A DNA stretch of 64,000 bases from an uncultured Anaerotruncus sp. (GCA_905210995.1 CAJLZE010000002.1:6179-70178), one strand, 5' to 3'. Positions 47,662-56,066 are shown, numbered from the stretch's first letter. Notes: generated from the sequence alone by a model not told the origin. A program made the numbers and translations.

Positions 47662-48424
47662 AGTCATCATCTGCATGATCGCCGGTCTCGGCGCGGGACT
47701 CGGCACCGGCTTTGCGGGCATGAGTGCCGCGGCGGTGATAAGCCCGATGCTCATCACTTTTCTCGGTATCGATCCTTATATGGCAGTGGGCATAGCGCTT
47801 GCAAGTGACGTCCTCGCAAGCGCTGCATCGGCTGTAACATACGGAAAAAACAAAAATATTGACATCAAGAACGGTATCATCATGATGATATCGGTGCTGT
47901 GCTTTACGACAGTCGGGAGCTATGTTGCAAGCATAGTCCCGAAAACGACCATGGGCAGCTTTTCCGTATTTATGACTCTGCTGCTCGGCATCAAGTTTAT
48001 AATAAAACCGGTCGTCGAGCCGAAAAAACGCTTCGAATCCGCCACGGCAAAGCAAAAAGCGATACGCTCGGTCATTTGCGGCTCACTTGTGGGATTTATA
48101 TGCGGTTTCGTCGGAGCAGGCGGCGGAATGATGATGCTGCTCGTGCTGACATCCGTACTCGGCTACGAGCTTAAAACAGCCGTCGGCACAAGCGTGTTCA
48201 TAATGAGCGCCACGGCGCTAACCGGAGCAGCAAGTCATTTTGCCATAGGCGGCATGCCGGATACAGAAGCTCTGGCGATATGCGTTATAAGCACCCTTGT
48301 GTTTGCGCAGATAGCAGCGGTTTTCGCCAACAAAGCAAGCCCAAAAACGCTCAACCGAATTACCGGCGCAATACTTGTTATCCTCGGTGCCGCCATACTC
48401 GCCGTAAACTATTTCGGCAAATAA
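47654..48424 (+). CDS. TauE/SafE (DUF81) family anion exporter
   Basis: About 8 TM helices with duplicated G-rich motifs (GLGAGLGTGFAGMSAA, GFVGAGGGMMMLL). The start overlaps the MarR stop. Confidence 0.75.
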   Translation: MIKVIICMIAGLGAGLGTGFAGMSAAAVISPMLITFLGIDPYMAVGIALASDVLASAASAVTYGKNKNIDIKNGIIMMISVLCFTTVGSYVASIVPKTTMGSFSVFMTLLLGIKFIIKPVVEPKKRFESATAKQKAIRSVICGSLVGFICGFVGAGGGMMMLLVLTSVLGYELKTAVGTSVFIMSATALTGAASHFAIGGMPDTEALAICVISTLVFAQIAAVFANKASPKTLNRITGAILVILGAAILAVNYFGK

Positions 48425-48430
48425 TTAAAT

Positions 48431-48475
48431 ACACGGCGTCAGCCGCGCGTATGCGCAGTTGACGCCGTGTTTTAT
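48431..48475. terminator. Bidirectional terminator hairpin between convergent genes
   Basis: Perfect 11-bp stem ACACGGCGTCA/TGACGCCGTGT followed by TTTTAT. Confidence 0.7.
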
Positions 48476-48487
48476 ATACCTTACCGT

Positions 48488-49897
48488 TCAGACAATCTTA
48501 CTCGCTGTACTATTCAATTTTTTGTACGTTGATATTATAAGGATAACAGCCACAACAAATGTGAGCACATCCGCTACGGGCATCGAATAAAGTACGCCGT
48601 CAAGTCCGAAAAACACCGGCAGCACAAGAACAAGTCCTACTCCGAAAACTATCTCTCTTATCATTGAAAGCACGGTCGATTCCACGGCTTTCCCCATTGC
48701 CTGAAGGAAAATAAATGTCGCCTTGTTCACGCAGGCAAAAACGATCATGCAAAGGTAAACGCGGAACGACTTTATGCCGAAATCTGTATAGTATGCGCTT
48801 TCGTTTGCCGCACCGAAAAGATCAAGAAATGCACGCGGGAAGACTTCGACCGCAATGAGCGCCGCGATGCCCACCGCAGCCTCGGCAGTCAGAAGATAGG
48901 TAAACGTTTTTTTAACGCGCCCGTTCTTCCCCGCTCCGATGTTGTACCCGACTATGGGAATACACCCGGCTGCCATACCGACGACCACCGATATCACGAT
49001 CTGAAAGACCTTCATGACAATACCGACAACCGCCATCGGGATATGTGCATATTCCTCAAGACCGAACACCGCGTCGAGCGCGCCGTATTTTCTGATCATG
49101 TTGTTATCGGCAGCCATTGCTGCAACGAGCGATATCTGCGAAAGAAAGCTGCACAAGCCCAGCATCAGGGTTCGTGTTATTACTTTCGTCTTAGGCATGT
49201 AATCCTCTTTTGATATCTTAACAGACCTCATATGGCAAAGATACCACACAGCCAGCGCAGCGGTAACGATCTGCCCCGCGACTGTAGCAACAGCAGCCCC
49301 CATCATACCCCACCGGAAGAGAAATATGAAGATCGGATCGAGGATGATATTTATCACGCATCCCGCAAGAGTTGAAACCATAGCAAATTTCGGACTTCCA
49401 TCGGCACGTATCACCGGATTCATCGCCTGTCCGAACATATAAAACGGTATTCCGAGCGATATATAAAGAAAATACTCCTTCGAAAGCCTGAATGTTTCGT
49501 CGCTCACGGTACCGCCGAACAGTGTTATGAGTAGGTCGTCAAATATAAGATAGATCGCCGCAAGCACAATACCCAAAATGACAGCAAGTACCACGGAATT
49601 ACCTACACTGCGACGCGCTTTGTCCTTTTCGCCTTTGCCGAGGTGAATGCTCACAAATGCACAGCAGCCGTCGCCTATCATGACCGCAACGGCAAGCGCA
49701 ATAACCGTCAGAGGAAAAACTACGGTATTTGCTGCATTTCCGTATGACCCGAGATAATCGGCATTGGCAATAAATATCTGGTCAACGATATTGTACAGAG
49801 CGCCGACAAGCAATGATATAACGCACGGAACGGCATATTTCAGCATAAGCCTTCCTATCGGACTTTCTCCGAGAAAAGATTGATTTTTTTCTTCCAT
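48488..49897 (-). CDS. MATE family efflux transporter
   Basis: MEEKNQSFLGESPIGRLMLKYAVPCVISLLVGALYNIVDQIFI is a MATE N-terminus. 12 TM helices and a GGAGG RBS. Confidence 0.88.
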   Translation of the reverse strand: MEEKNQSFLGESPIGRLMLKYAVPCVISLLVGALYNIVDQIFIANADYLGSYGNAANTVVFPLTVIALAVAVMIGDGCCAFVSIHLGKGEKDKARRSVGNSVVLAVILGIVLAAIYLIFDDLLITLFGGTVSDETFRLSKEYFLYISLGIPFYMFGQAMNPVIRADGSPKFAMVSTLAGCVINIILDPIFIFLFRWGMMGAAVATVAGQIVTAALAVWYLCHMRSVKISKEDYMPKTKVITRTLMLGLCSFLSQISLVAAMAADNNMIRKYGALDAVFGLEEYAHIPMAVVGIVMKVFQIVISVVVGMAAGCIPIVGYNIGAGKNGRVKKTFTYLLTAEAAVGIAALIAVEVFPRAFLDLFGAANESAYYTDFGIKSFRVYLCMIVFACVNKATFIFLQAMGKAVESTVLSMIREIVFGVGLVLVLPVFFGLDGVLYSMPVADVLTFVVAVILIISTYKKLNSTASKIV

Positions 49898-49912
49898 AAG
49901 ATCCTCCTGCGT

Positions 49913-49961
49913 GCAAAAAATAATGCGCAAGCCCGGAAAAACACTGATCCGGACTTACGCA
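49913..49961 (-). terminator. Rho-independent terminator after the SCA-motif P-type ATPase
   Basis: Minus strand reads TGCGTAAGTCCGG-loop-CCGGGCTTGCGCA followed by TTATTTTTTG. Confidence 0.7.
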
Positions 49962-50022
49962 TTCGCTGCACGATGTTATTTAATTATAGCACCGAAGAGC
50001 CAAAAAATCAAATGGTCAAAAA

Positions 50023-52131
50023 TCACAAATTTTTGTTTTTTTCGCTGCCACCGTCGGGCAAAAGGTCTGTCATGCTGTGCAGGCTGATCCCCAGTGTGGA
50101 CATATTGTGAAGCAGCGCCGAAACCGTTGGCTGAATGAATCCCGCAACGCCGCATATGATCAGCGCAAGATTGAATCCGACGATAAAACGGTAATTTCGA
50201 TCTATACGCGCCATCAGAGCCTCGGAAAGGCGACGAAGTGTAACGATACCGAACAGATCTTCAGACGAAACGGTGATATCCGCTATCTCTTTTGCGATCG
50301 CAGCACCGGTATTTATGGCAATTCCCGCATCGGCTTCCGAAAGCGCGGGAGCATCGTTCACACCGTCGCCGATCATCATAACGCATCTTCCCTTTTCATG
50401 CTCGGAACGTATAAACCGCGCCTTATCCTCCGGAAGTACCTCCGCATGATATTCATCAACTCCTACCGCGTGCGCGACCGCCTCTGCGGTGCGCTCGTTG
50501 TCGCCTGTCATCATAACGACTTTTCCGATACCGCATTCGTGCAGAGCGCGCACAGCATCGCGTGCTTCGTGTCTCAGCGGATCCGAAATACATATTACCG
50601 CAGCAAGAACACCGGATATAGCAAGGTAAAGATGGGTATAAGCAGGAGAAAGTGCGGCAAAAGCATCATCTCCGTCTTCGGGAATGCGGCAACCCTCATC
50701 TTCGAAAACAAAATGATAGCTTCCGATAACTACCTTTTTATCATCCACGGTGCTCGATATTCCATGAGCGACAACATATTCGACTCTCGAATGATACTCC
50801 TCATGAGAAAGACCGCGTTTTTTTGCCTCATCGACCACCGCGTTTGCCAAAGAGTGAGGATAATGTTCCTCAAGACAGGCTGCAAGACGCAGCATATCGC
50901 TCTCGCTGTTACCGCCGAATGTAATGATCTCAGCCACGCGCGGCGCGGCATATGTGAGAGTACCGGTCTTGTCAAACACGACCGTATCTGCTTTGGCGAC
51001 AGCTTCAAGGAAGCGCCCACCCTTAACGGAGATATTGTACCGGCTGCTCTCGCGCATTGCCGAAAGCACCGCGATAGGCATCGCAAGCTTCAGAGCACAC
51101 GAGAAATCGACCATAAGGACCGCAAGCGTTTTTGTGATATTGCGCGTGAGAAGCCACACAAGCGCCGTTCCGCCGAGTGTGTACGGAACAAGCCTGTCGG
51201 CAAGCCCGGCAGCTTTGTTCTCAGCCGATGATTTAAGCCTTTCGGACTCCTCGATCATACGCACTATCCTGTCATAGCGCCCGCTGCCCGAAACCTTATC
51301 GGCGCATATCACGCATTCGCCTTCTTCGACGACCGTACCGGCGTAAGCATAACTGCCGGGCGTTTTTCGTACCGGCAGAGACTCACCGGTCATGGACGAC
51401 TGATTCACCATCGCCTCCCCCTCGGTAACTTTACCGTCAAGAGGGATCATGTTTCCGGTGCGGACGATCATCATATCACCTTCCGCCACCTCGCTCACGG
51501 GGACCAACAGCTCACAGCCGTTCTTTTTAAGCCATACCTTGTCAACATTCAGCGACATGGCACCCGCAAGGTCGGACACTGATTTCTTGTGCGTCCATTC
51601 TTCAAGCAGCTCGCCCAGCCTCAGCATGAACATGACGGAACCTGCTGTGTTGAAATCACCGCGCAGCACGGACACCGACACGGCAGCGGCATCCAGGACC
51701 GCGACCGACAGCTTTCCGTGCCACAACGCCGAAACGCCTGCGTATATGTATTTTGCAGACTTTATCACAGTCAGCACGGAGCGCACGGGAAGCGGAAGCA
51801 GTGTCTTGGATATTATGCGGCGCATAACGGCAGATGCAAGCTTGTCTTCATATTCGCGGTTGAGTGCGCGCGACGTGTGCTCGGGAATAAGTCCTTTCGC
51901 TTCCGCCTTTTCGAACGAAAATGCTGCCAGAGCGCGTATGACAGCCACGCGACCGCCGTCGTCATACATTATCACGGCATCGGCGGTGCGGTCAAAAACA
52001 CGCACTTCGGTCACGCCTTCACAAGCGCAAAGACAGAATTCAAGAACATCCGCTTCATGCAGCGTCATGCGCCCGCCGCACAGATGCACACGCATCCTGC
52101 CGCGTGACTCATGTAAAATACGACACTTCAT
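50023..52131 (-). CDS. P1B-type (heavy-metal) P-type ATPase with an S-C-A transmembrane motif and a CxxC-less N-terminal domain
   Basis: TGES (SMTGESLPV), DKTGTLT and GDGVNDAPAL are present. The TM motif is VDFSCALKLAMP (SCA codons at 51094..51102). The N-terminus MKCRILHESRGRMRVHL lacks GMxCxxC. Confidence 0.88.
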   Translation of the reverse strand: MKCRILHESRGRMRVHLCGGRMTLHEADVLEFCLCACEGVTEVRVFDRTADAVIMYDDGGRVAVIRALAAFSFEKAEAKGLIPEHTSRALNREYEDKLASAVMRRIISKTLLPLPVRSVLTVIKSAKYIYAGVSALWHGKLSVAVLDAAAVSVSVLRGDFNTAGSVMFMLRLGELLEEWTHKKSVSDLAGAMSLNVDKVWLKKNGCELLVPVSEVAEGDMMIVRTGNMIPLDGKVTEGEAMVNQSSMTGESLPVRKTPGSYAYAGTVVEEGECVICADKVSGSGRYDRIVRMIEESERLKSSAENKAAGLADRLVPYTLGGTALVWLLTRNITKTLAVLMVDFSCALKLAMPIAVLSAMRESSRYNISVKGGRFLEAVAKADTVVFDKTGTLTYAAPRVAEIITFGGNSESDMLRLAACLEEHYPHSLANAVVDEAKKRGLSHEEYHSRVEYVVAHGISSTVDDKKVVIGSYHFVFEDEGCRIPEDGDDAFAALSPAYTHLYLAISGVLAAVICISDPLRHEARDAVRALHECGIGKVVMMTGDNERTAEAVAHAVGVDEYHAEVLPEDKARFIRSEHEKGRCVMMIGDGVNDAPALSEADAGIAINTGAAIAKEIADITVSSEDLFGIVTLRRLSEALMARIDRNYRFIVGFNLALIICGVAGFIQPTVSALLHNMSTLGISLHSMTDLLPDGGSEKNKNL

Positions 52132-52156
52132 TTCAAATCAGGACCTCCGGAGTCGG

Positions 52157-52456
52157 TTATACCTCTTCCGCCTCGGTCTCGGACTTATCGCTTTCCTCTT
52201 CGGCAGATGCATCCTCGATGACCTCGCACTCGGCATCAGCCGCGCGCTTCTCGTTGATTTCTTTGGCGTCCGCAAGAATATCGTCCGCGTTTTCCTTAAT
52301 GGTTGTGACTACCGTCATGACCTCGTCCTTGGCACGCAGTGCAGCAGCCGTTGTATAGGCATATACCTTTTTTGCCTCACGACTGGTAAGGATCTTTACC
52401 CCCGCAGTACCGAAAAGAACTCCGCCGACAAAAAGTCCGATTTTACCCCATTTCAT
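52157..52456 (-). CDS. Small membrane-anchored protein with an acidic C-terminal tail (DUF6110-like, from recollection)
   Basis: MKWGKIGLFVGGVLFGTAGVKIL is a TM helix or amphipathic segment. The tail is ECEVIEDASAEEESDKSETEAEEV. AGAGG RBS. It lies 25 nt upstream of the ATPase, with no intervening terminator. Confidence 0.65.
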   Translation of the reverse strand: MKWGKIGLFVGGVLFGTAGVKILTSREAKKVYAYTTAAALRAKDEVMTVVTTIKENADDILADAKEINEKRAADAECEVIEDASAEEESDKSETEAEEV

Positions 52457-52553
52457 GATAAAACACCTCTTATATAAAAAATTTCGTATCGGAAGGCAGA
52501 AGTAAAGTTAGCCGCAGCTAACTTATGTACGCAACTACCTGCCGCCAATCAAT

Positions 52554-52582
52554 ATTATACTATACATACGACCGAATGTCCA
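52554..52582 (-). promoter_or_regulatory. Sigma-A-type promoter for the small-protein/ATPase operon
   Basis: Minus strand reads TGGACA, 17 nt, then TATAAT. This leaves a leader of about 95 nt. Confidence 0.55.
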
Positions 52583-52640
52583 TAACCGCAGCCGATTTTT
52601 TCGATTTTTTTACTTTTAAATACATCGTTTTTCAAAAAAA

Positions 52641-52678
52641 TCAAACAAAAAAACGCTGCCGCGAATAACGCGGCAGCG
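52641..52678 (-). terminator. Rho-independent terminator after copA
   Basis: Minus strand reads CGCTGCCGCG-TTATT-CGCGGCAGCG followed by TTTTTTTGTTTG. Confidence 0.85.
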
Positions 52679-52690
52679 GCAGACGGGATA

Positions 52691-55228
52691 TCAGTCTGCG
52701 TTTTGAATGCCTGTGACCTTATAGCCTTTGTCTTCGACCGTTTTTTTGAGTGTGCTGTCACTCACGGCTGCCGAGAGCATCACGACGGCAGTTCCCGTCT
52801 CGTGGCTCACCTTTGCCTCTTCTACCTCAGGCAGCGCTTCAAGCGCCCCCTTCACGGTCGCCTCACAGTGTGAGCACATCATCCCTTTGATATTTATTGT
52901 TTTTTTCATGCTTTCATTCTCCTCGTTTTTATATTTTGCGGTATGACCCGCCCTTTTGTGATCATGCTTTGCGTCGCGCAGCTTAAAGAAGTTGAGACGC
53001 AATGCGTTTGATACGACGCAGAAGCTCGACAGACTCATTGCCGCCGCGCCGAACATCGGGTTGAGCGTCAAACCGAGCGGCACAAAAACGCCTGCGGCAA
53101 GCGGAATGCCGATCGAATTGTAAAAGAACGCCCAAAACAGATTTTCGTGTATATTCCTCAAGGTCGCACGGCTGAGACGTATCGCTGCCGGAACATCGCT
53201 GAGGCGGCTCTTCATAAGGACCACATCCGCAGCGTCTATGGCAACATCGGTGCCTGCACCGATCGCAATACCGATATCGGCACGCGTAAGGGCTGGCGCA
53301 TCGTTTATCCCATCGCCGACCATTGCGACCTTGCCGCGCTTTTTAAGCCGTTTTATCTCGTTTTCCTTGCCTTCGGGCAGCACACCTGCAATGACCTGAT
53401 CGACACCCGCCTCAGCGCCGATAGCCTTTGCTGTGCGCTCGTTGTCGCCGGTTATCATTACAACATGTATACCCATGCCGCGCAGCTCTCTGACCGCCTG
53501 TGGGCTGTCCTCCTTTATCACATCGGCAACTGCGATAACACCGAGAAACTTATCGCCTTTTGTAAAGAACAGCGGCGTTTTTCCCGCTTCGGCAAGTGAA
53601 TCGGCGTATCCCGTCATATTGTCGGGCACATCGGCACTGCGGCTTATAAATACCTGATTACCGCCGCGCAGCAGATCGCTGCCGAGGCGCGCGGTAAGCC
53701 CGTTGCCGGGAAGCGCCTCGAAATCCGACACCTCGTCAGCACTGAGCCCCTGCTCCTCCGCCTTCTTTATGATCGCGCGTGCCAGCGGATGCTCGCTGCG
53801 GCTCTCAAGCGCCAACGCCGCCTCAAGCAGCTCCGTATCGCTCACGCCGTCGACAGGAAGAATGTCAGTAACACGCGGTTCACCCGCGGTTATCGTGCCT
53901 GTTTTATCAAGAGCAACGATACTTATACGCCCGGTCTCCTCGAGAGACGCCGCGGTCTTGAAAAGTATACCGTTTTTAGCTCCGACACCGTTGCCGACCA
54001 TGATCGCGACCGGTGTTGCCAGCCCGAGCGCGCACGGGCAGCTTATCACAAGCACGGAAATACCGCGCGCAAGCGCATAGCCGACCGTGTGACCGAGCAG
54101 GAGCCACACAACGGTCGTCACAACCGCTATCGAAATGACCACGGGCACAAACACGCCGGAAACCTTGTCGGCTATCTTGGCTATCGGTGCCTTTGTCGCC
54201 GCAGCATCACTGACCATTTTTATTATCTGCGACAGCGTTGTATCCTCACCGACACGCGTTGCGCGGCATTTGAGAAATCCCGACTGATTGACCGTTGCCG
54301 CCGACACAGTGTCGCCGGGCGCCTTATCGGATGGTATGCTCTCGCCCGTCAGAGCAGCTTCGTTGACGGCGCTTGAGCCTTCAAGCACCACTCCGTCTAC
54401 CGGAATGCTCTTACCGGGGCGGACAACAAAAATGTCATCCTTCGCCACCTGATCTATCGGCACGCTCACCTCGGCACCGCCGCGTATCACCGTTGCAGTC
54501 TTCGGCGCAAGCTTCATAAGTCCCTTGAGCGCATCGGTCGTCTTTCCCTTCGAGCGCGCCTCAAGCGTCTTACCGACGGTTATAAGCGTCAGTATCATCG
54601 CGGCCGACTCAAAGTAAAAGTCCATCATATAGTCCATCACGGCATCCATGTCGCCGCGCACCTGCGCTCCCGTCATCGCAAACAGCGCATAGGTGCTGTA
54701 AACAAATGCGGCTGTTGCGCCGAGCGCCACGAGGGTATCCATGTTGGGTGCACGGTGCCAGAGACTTTTGAATCCGCTTATGAAGAACTTCTGATTTATG
54801 ACCATGATCACTACGGTCAGCAGGAGCTGTGTCAGCCCCATTGCAATATGATTGTCATTGTAGAATGACGGAAGCGGCCAGTTCCACATCATGTGCCCCA
54901 TGGAAAAGTACATGAGTATCAGCAGGAAAAACACCGACCAGACCAGCCTGCGCCTCAGGCGCGGTGTTTCGTGATCCTCAAGATCAGCCTCTGCTTCGGC
55001 ACGTCCCGCGGATGATGAGGGTGCCGCAGCCCCCTTGAGGGATGCGCCGTAGCCCGCCTTTACGACGGCATTTATTACCACACCCGGTGCCGCCGTTCCT
55101 TCAACACCCATCGAATTTGTCAGAAGACTCACCGAGCACGAGGTGACCCCCTTTACCGCCGATACTGCCTTTTCTACTCTGGCAGAGCAGGCGGCGCAGC
55201 TCATGCCCGTTACATTATATTGTGTCAT
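52691..55228 (-). CDS. copA: Copper-translocating P1B-1 ATPase CopA with both N-terminal and C-terminal HMA domains
   Basis: The N-terminal HMA is GMSCAACSARVEKA. CPC (VISCPCALGLATP), TGES, DKTGTIT, SEHPLA and GDGINDAPAL are present. The C-terminal HMA is GMMCSHCEATVKGA. Confidence 0.93.
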   Translation of the reverse strand: MTQYNVTGMSCAACSARVEKAVSAVKGVTSCSVSLLTNSMGVEGTAAPGVVINAVVKAGYGASLKGAAAPSSSAGRAEAEADLEDHETPRLRRRLVWSVFFLLILMYFSMGHMMWNWPLPSFYNDNHIAMGLTQLLLTVVIMVINQKFFISGFKSLWHRAPNMDTLVALGATAAFVYSTYALFAMTGAQVRGDMDAVMDYMMDFYFESAAMILTLITVGKTLEARSKGKTTDALKGLMKLAPKTATVIRGGAEVSVPIDQVAKDDIFVVRPGKSIPVDGVVLEGSSAVNEAALTGESIPSDKAPGDTVSAATVNQSGFLKCRATRVGEDTTLSQIIKMVSDAAATKAPIAKIADKVSGVFVPVVISIAVVTTVVWLLLGHTVGYALARGISVLVISCPCALGLATPVAIMVGNGVGAKNGILFKTAASLEETGRISIVALDKTGTITAGEPRVTDILPVDGVSDTELLEAALALESRSEHPLARAIIKKAEEQGLSADEVSDFEALPGNGLTARLGSDLLRGGNQVFISRSADVPDNMTGYADSLAEAGKTPLFFTKGDKFLGVIAVADVIKEDSPQAVRELRGMGIHVVMITGDNERTAKAIGAEAGVDQVIAGVLPEGKENEIKRLKKRGKVAMVGDGINDAPALTRADIGIAIGAGTDVAIDAADVVLMKSRLSDVPAAIRLSRATLRNIHENLFWAFFYNSIGIPLAAGVFVPLGLTLNPMFGAAAMSLSSFCVVSNALRLNFFKLRDAKHDHKRAGHTAKYKNEENESMKKTINIKGMMCSHCEATVKGALEALPEVEEAKVSHETGTAVVMLSAAVSDSTLKKTVEDKGYKVTGIQNAD

Positions 55229-55599
55229 TTATTTTCAACCTTCCGCACCTCTATGCCGGTAACATGGTATCCGGCTTTTTCGACTGCTTTTTTAATAACA
55301 TCCGCGTTCACCTCGCGGTCGGTCTCGACCTTGACGGTCTTTTTGTGCAGATCAACTCTCGCCGACACACCTTCAATACCGTTGAGAGCTCGTTCGATAC
55401 TGTTGCGACAATGCTCGCATTTCATACCGTCTATCCCGACCGTCATCACAGTCACTACCGGACCGTCAAGCTTGTTGCGCGCGGGACGTATCTCGCCGCC
55501 ACCGCCGCAGCAACCGCCCTGACCTTTAAAATGCTTCACGCTTGAAACTACCGCAAGCACAACCAACACCGCAAGCGCGGCAATTATTACGTACTCCAT
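55225..55599 (-). CDS. copZ: Membrane-anchored HMA-domain copper chaperone (CopZ-like)
   Basis: The N-terminal TM helix is YVIIAALAVLVVLAVVSSV and the linker is GQGGCCGGGGE. The HMA fold carries GMKCEHC. ATGA overlap with copA. Confidence 0.85.
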   Translation of the reverse strand: MEYVIIAALAVLVVLAVVSSVKHFKGQGGCCGGGGEIRPARNKLDGPVVTVMTVGIDGMKCEHCRNSIERALNGIEGVSARVDLHKKTVKVETDREVNADVIKKAVEKAGYHVTGIEVRKVENK

Positions 55600-55620
55600 A
55601 ATATTATTACACGACCTTTC

Positions 55621-55929
55621 TTATTTCATGAGCTTTTGCAGAGTGGCAACAAGTTCATCTATCACATCATCGTTGCCATGTCTGATATCGTCCGCAACGC
55701 AGGTCCTTATATGGCTGGCAAGAAGCTCTTTGTTAAATGCGTTTATCGCGGCATTCACCGCTGCCGACTGCACCAGAATATCCGGACAGTATGCATTGTT
55801 TTCGACCATACCGCGTATTCCGCGTATCTGCCCTTCAATGCGGTTGAGGCGATGTATCAGCTTTTTGTATTCCTCGGGTGTTCGCTCTTTCTTTCTCTGC
55901 GAACAGCAACAGCATGTTTTTTTATCCAT
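55621..55929 (-). CDS. csoR: CsoR-family copper-sensing repressor
   Basis: LIHRLNRIEGQIRGIRGMVENNAYCPDILVQSAAV...H..C is the CsoR (DUF156) signature with the C-H-C ligand set. The N-terminus carries CCCC. AAGGAG RBS. Confidence 0.9.
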   Translation of the reverse strand: MDKKTCCCCSQRKKERTPEEYKKLIHRLNRIEGQIRGIRGMVENNAYCPDILVQSAAVNAAINAFNKELLASHIRTCVADDIRHGNDDVIDELVATLQKLMK

Positions 55930-55950
55930 ATCGGCTCCTTCGAACTTGTT

Positions 55951-56000
55951 ATACCCCTATGGGGTATTTAAATTATATACCCCGCAGGGGTATTTGTCAA
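55951..56000 (-). promoter_or_regulatory. csoR-copZ-copA promoter with two CsoR operators
   Basis: Minus strand reads TTGACA (55995..56000), a 17-nt spacer, then TATAAT (55972..55977). Box 2, ATACCCCGCAGGGGTAT (55977..55993), fills the spacer. Box 1, ATACCCCTATGGGGTAT (55951..55967), lies just downstream of the -10. Confidence 0.85.
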
Positions 56001-56025
56001 GCGTTTTTTGAAAAAAATAAAGCAA

Positions 56026-56066
56026 ACCAAAAAAAGATGTGCCACGACATCACGTCAAGGCACATC
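56026..56066 (-). terminator. Rho-independent terminator after the permease gene
   Basis: Minus strand reads GATGTGCC-loop-GGCACATC followed by TTTTTTTGG. Confidence 0.75.

Noticed and set aside
50077-52477. Two long plus-strand ORFs (384 aa and 342 aa) opposite the SCA-type ATPase and its partner gene.
   Set aside because: The minus-strand frame carries all P-type ATPase motifs. The plus-strand translations are Arg/Ser-rich with no recognisable domains or ribosome-binding sites.
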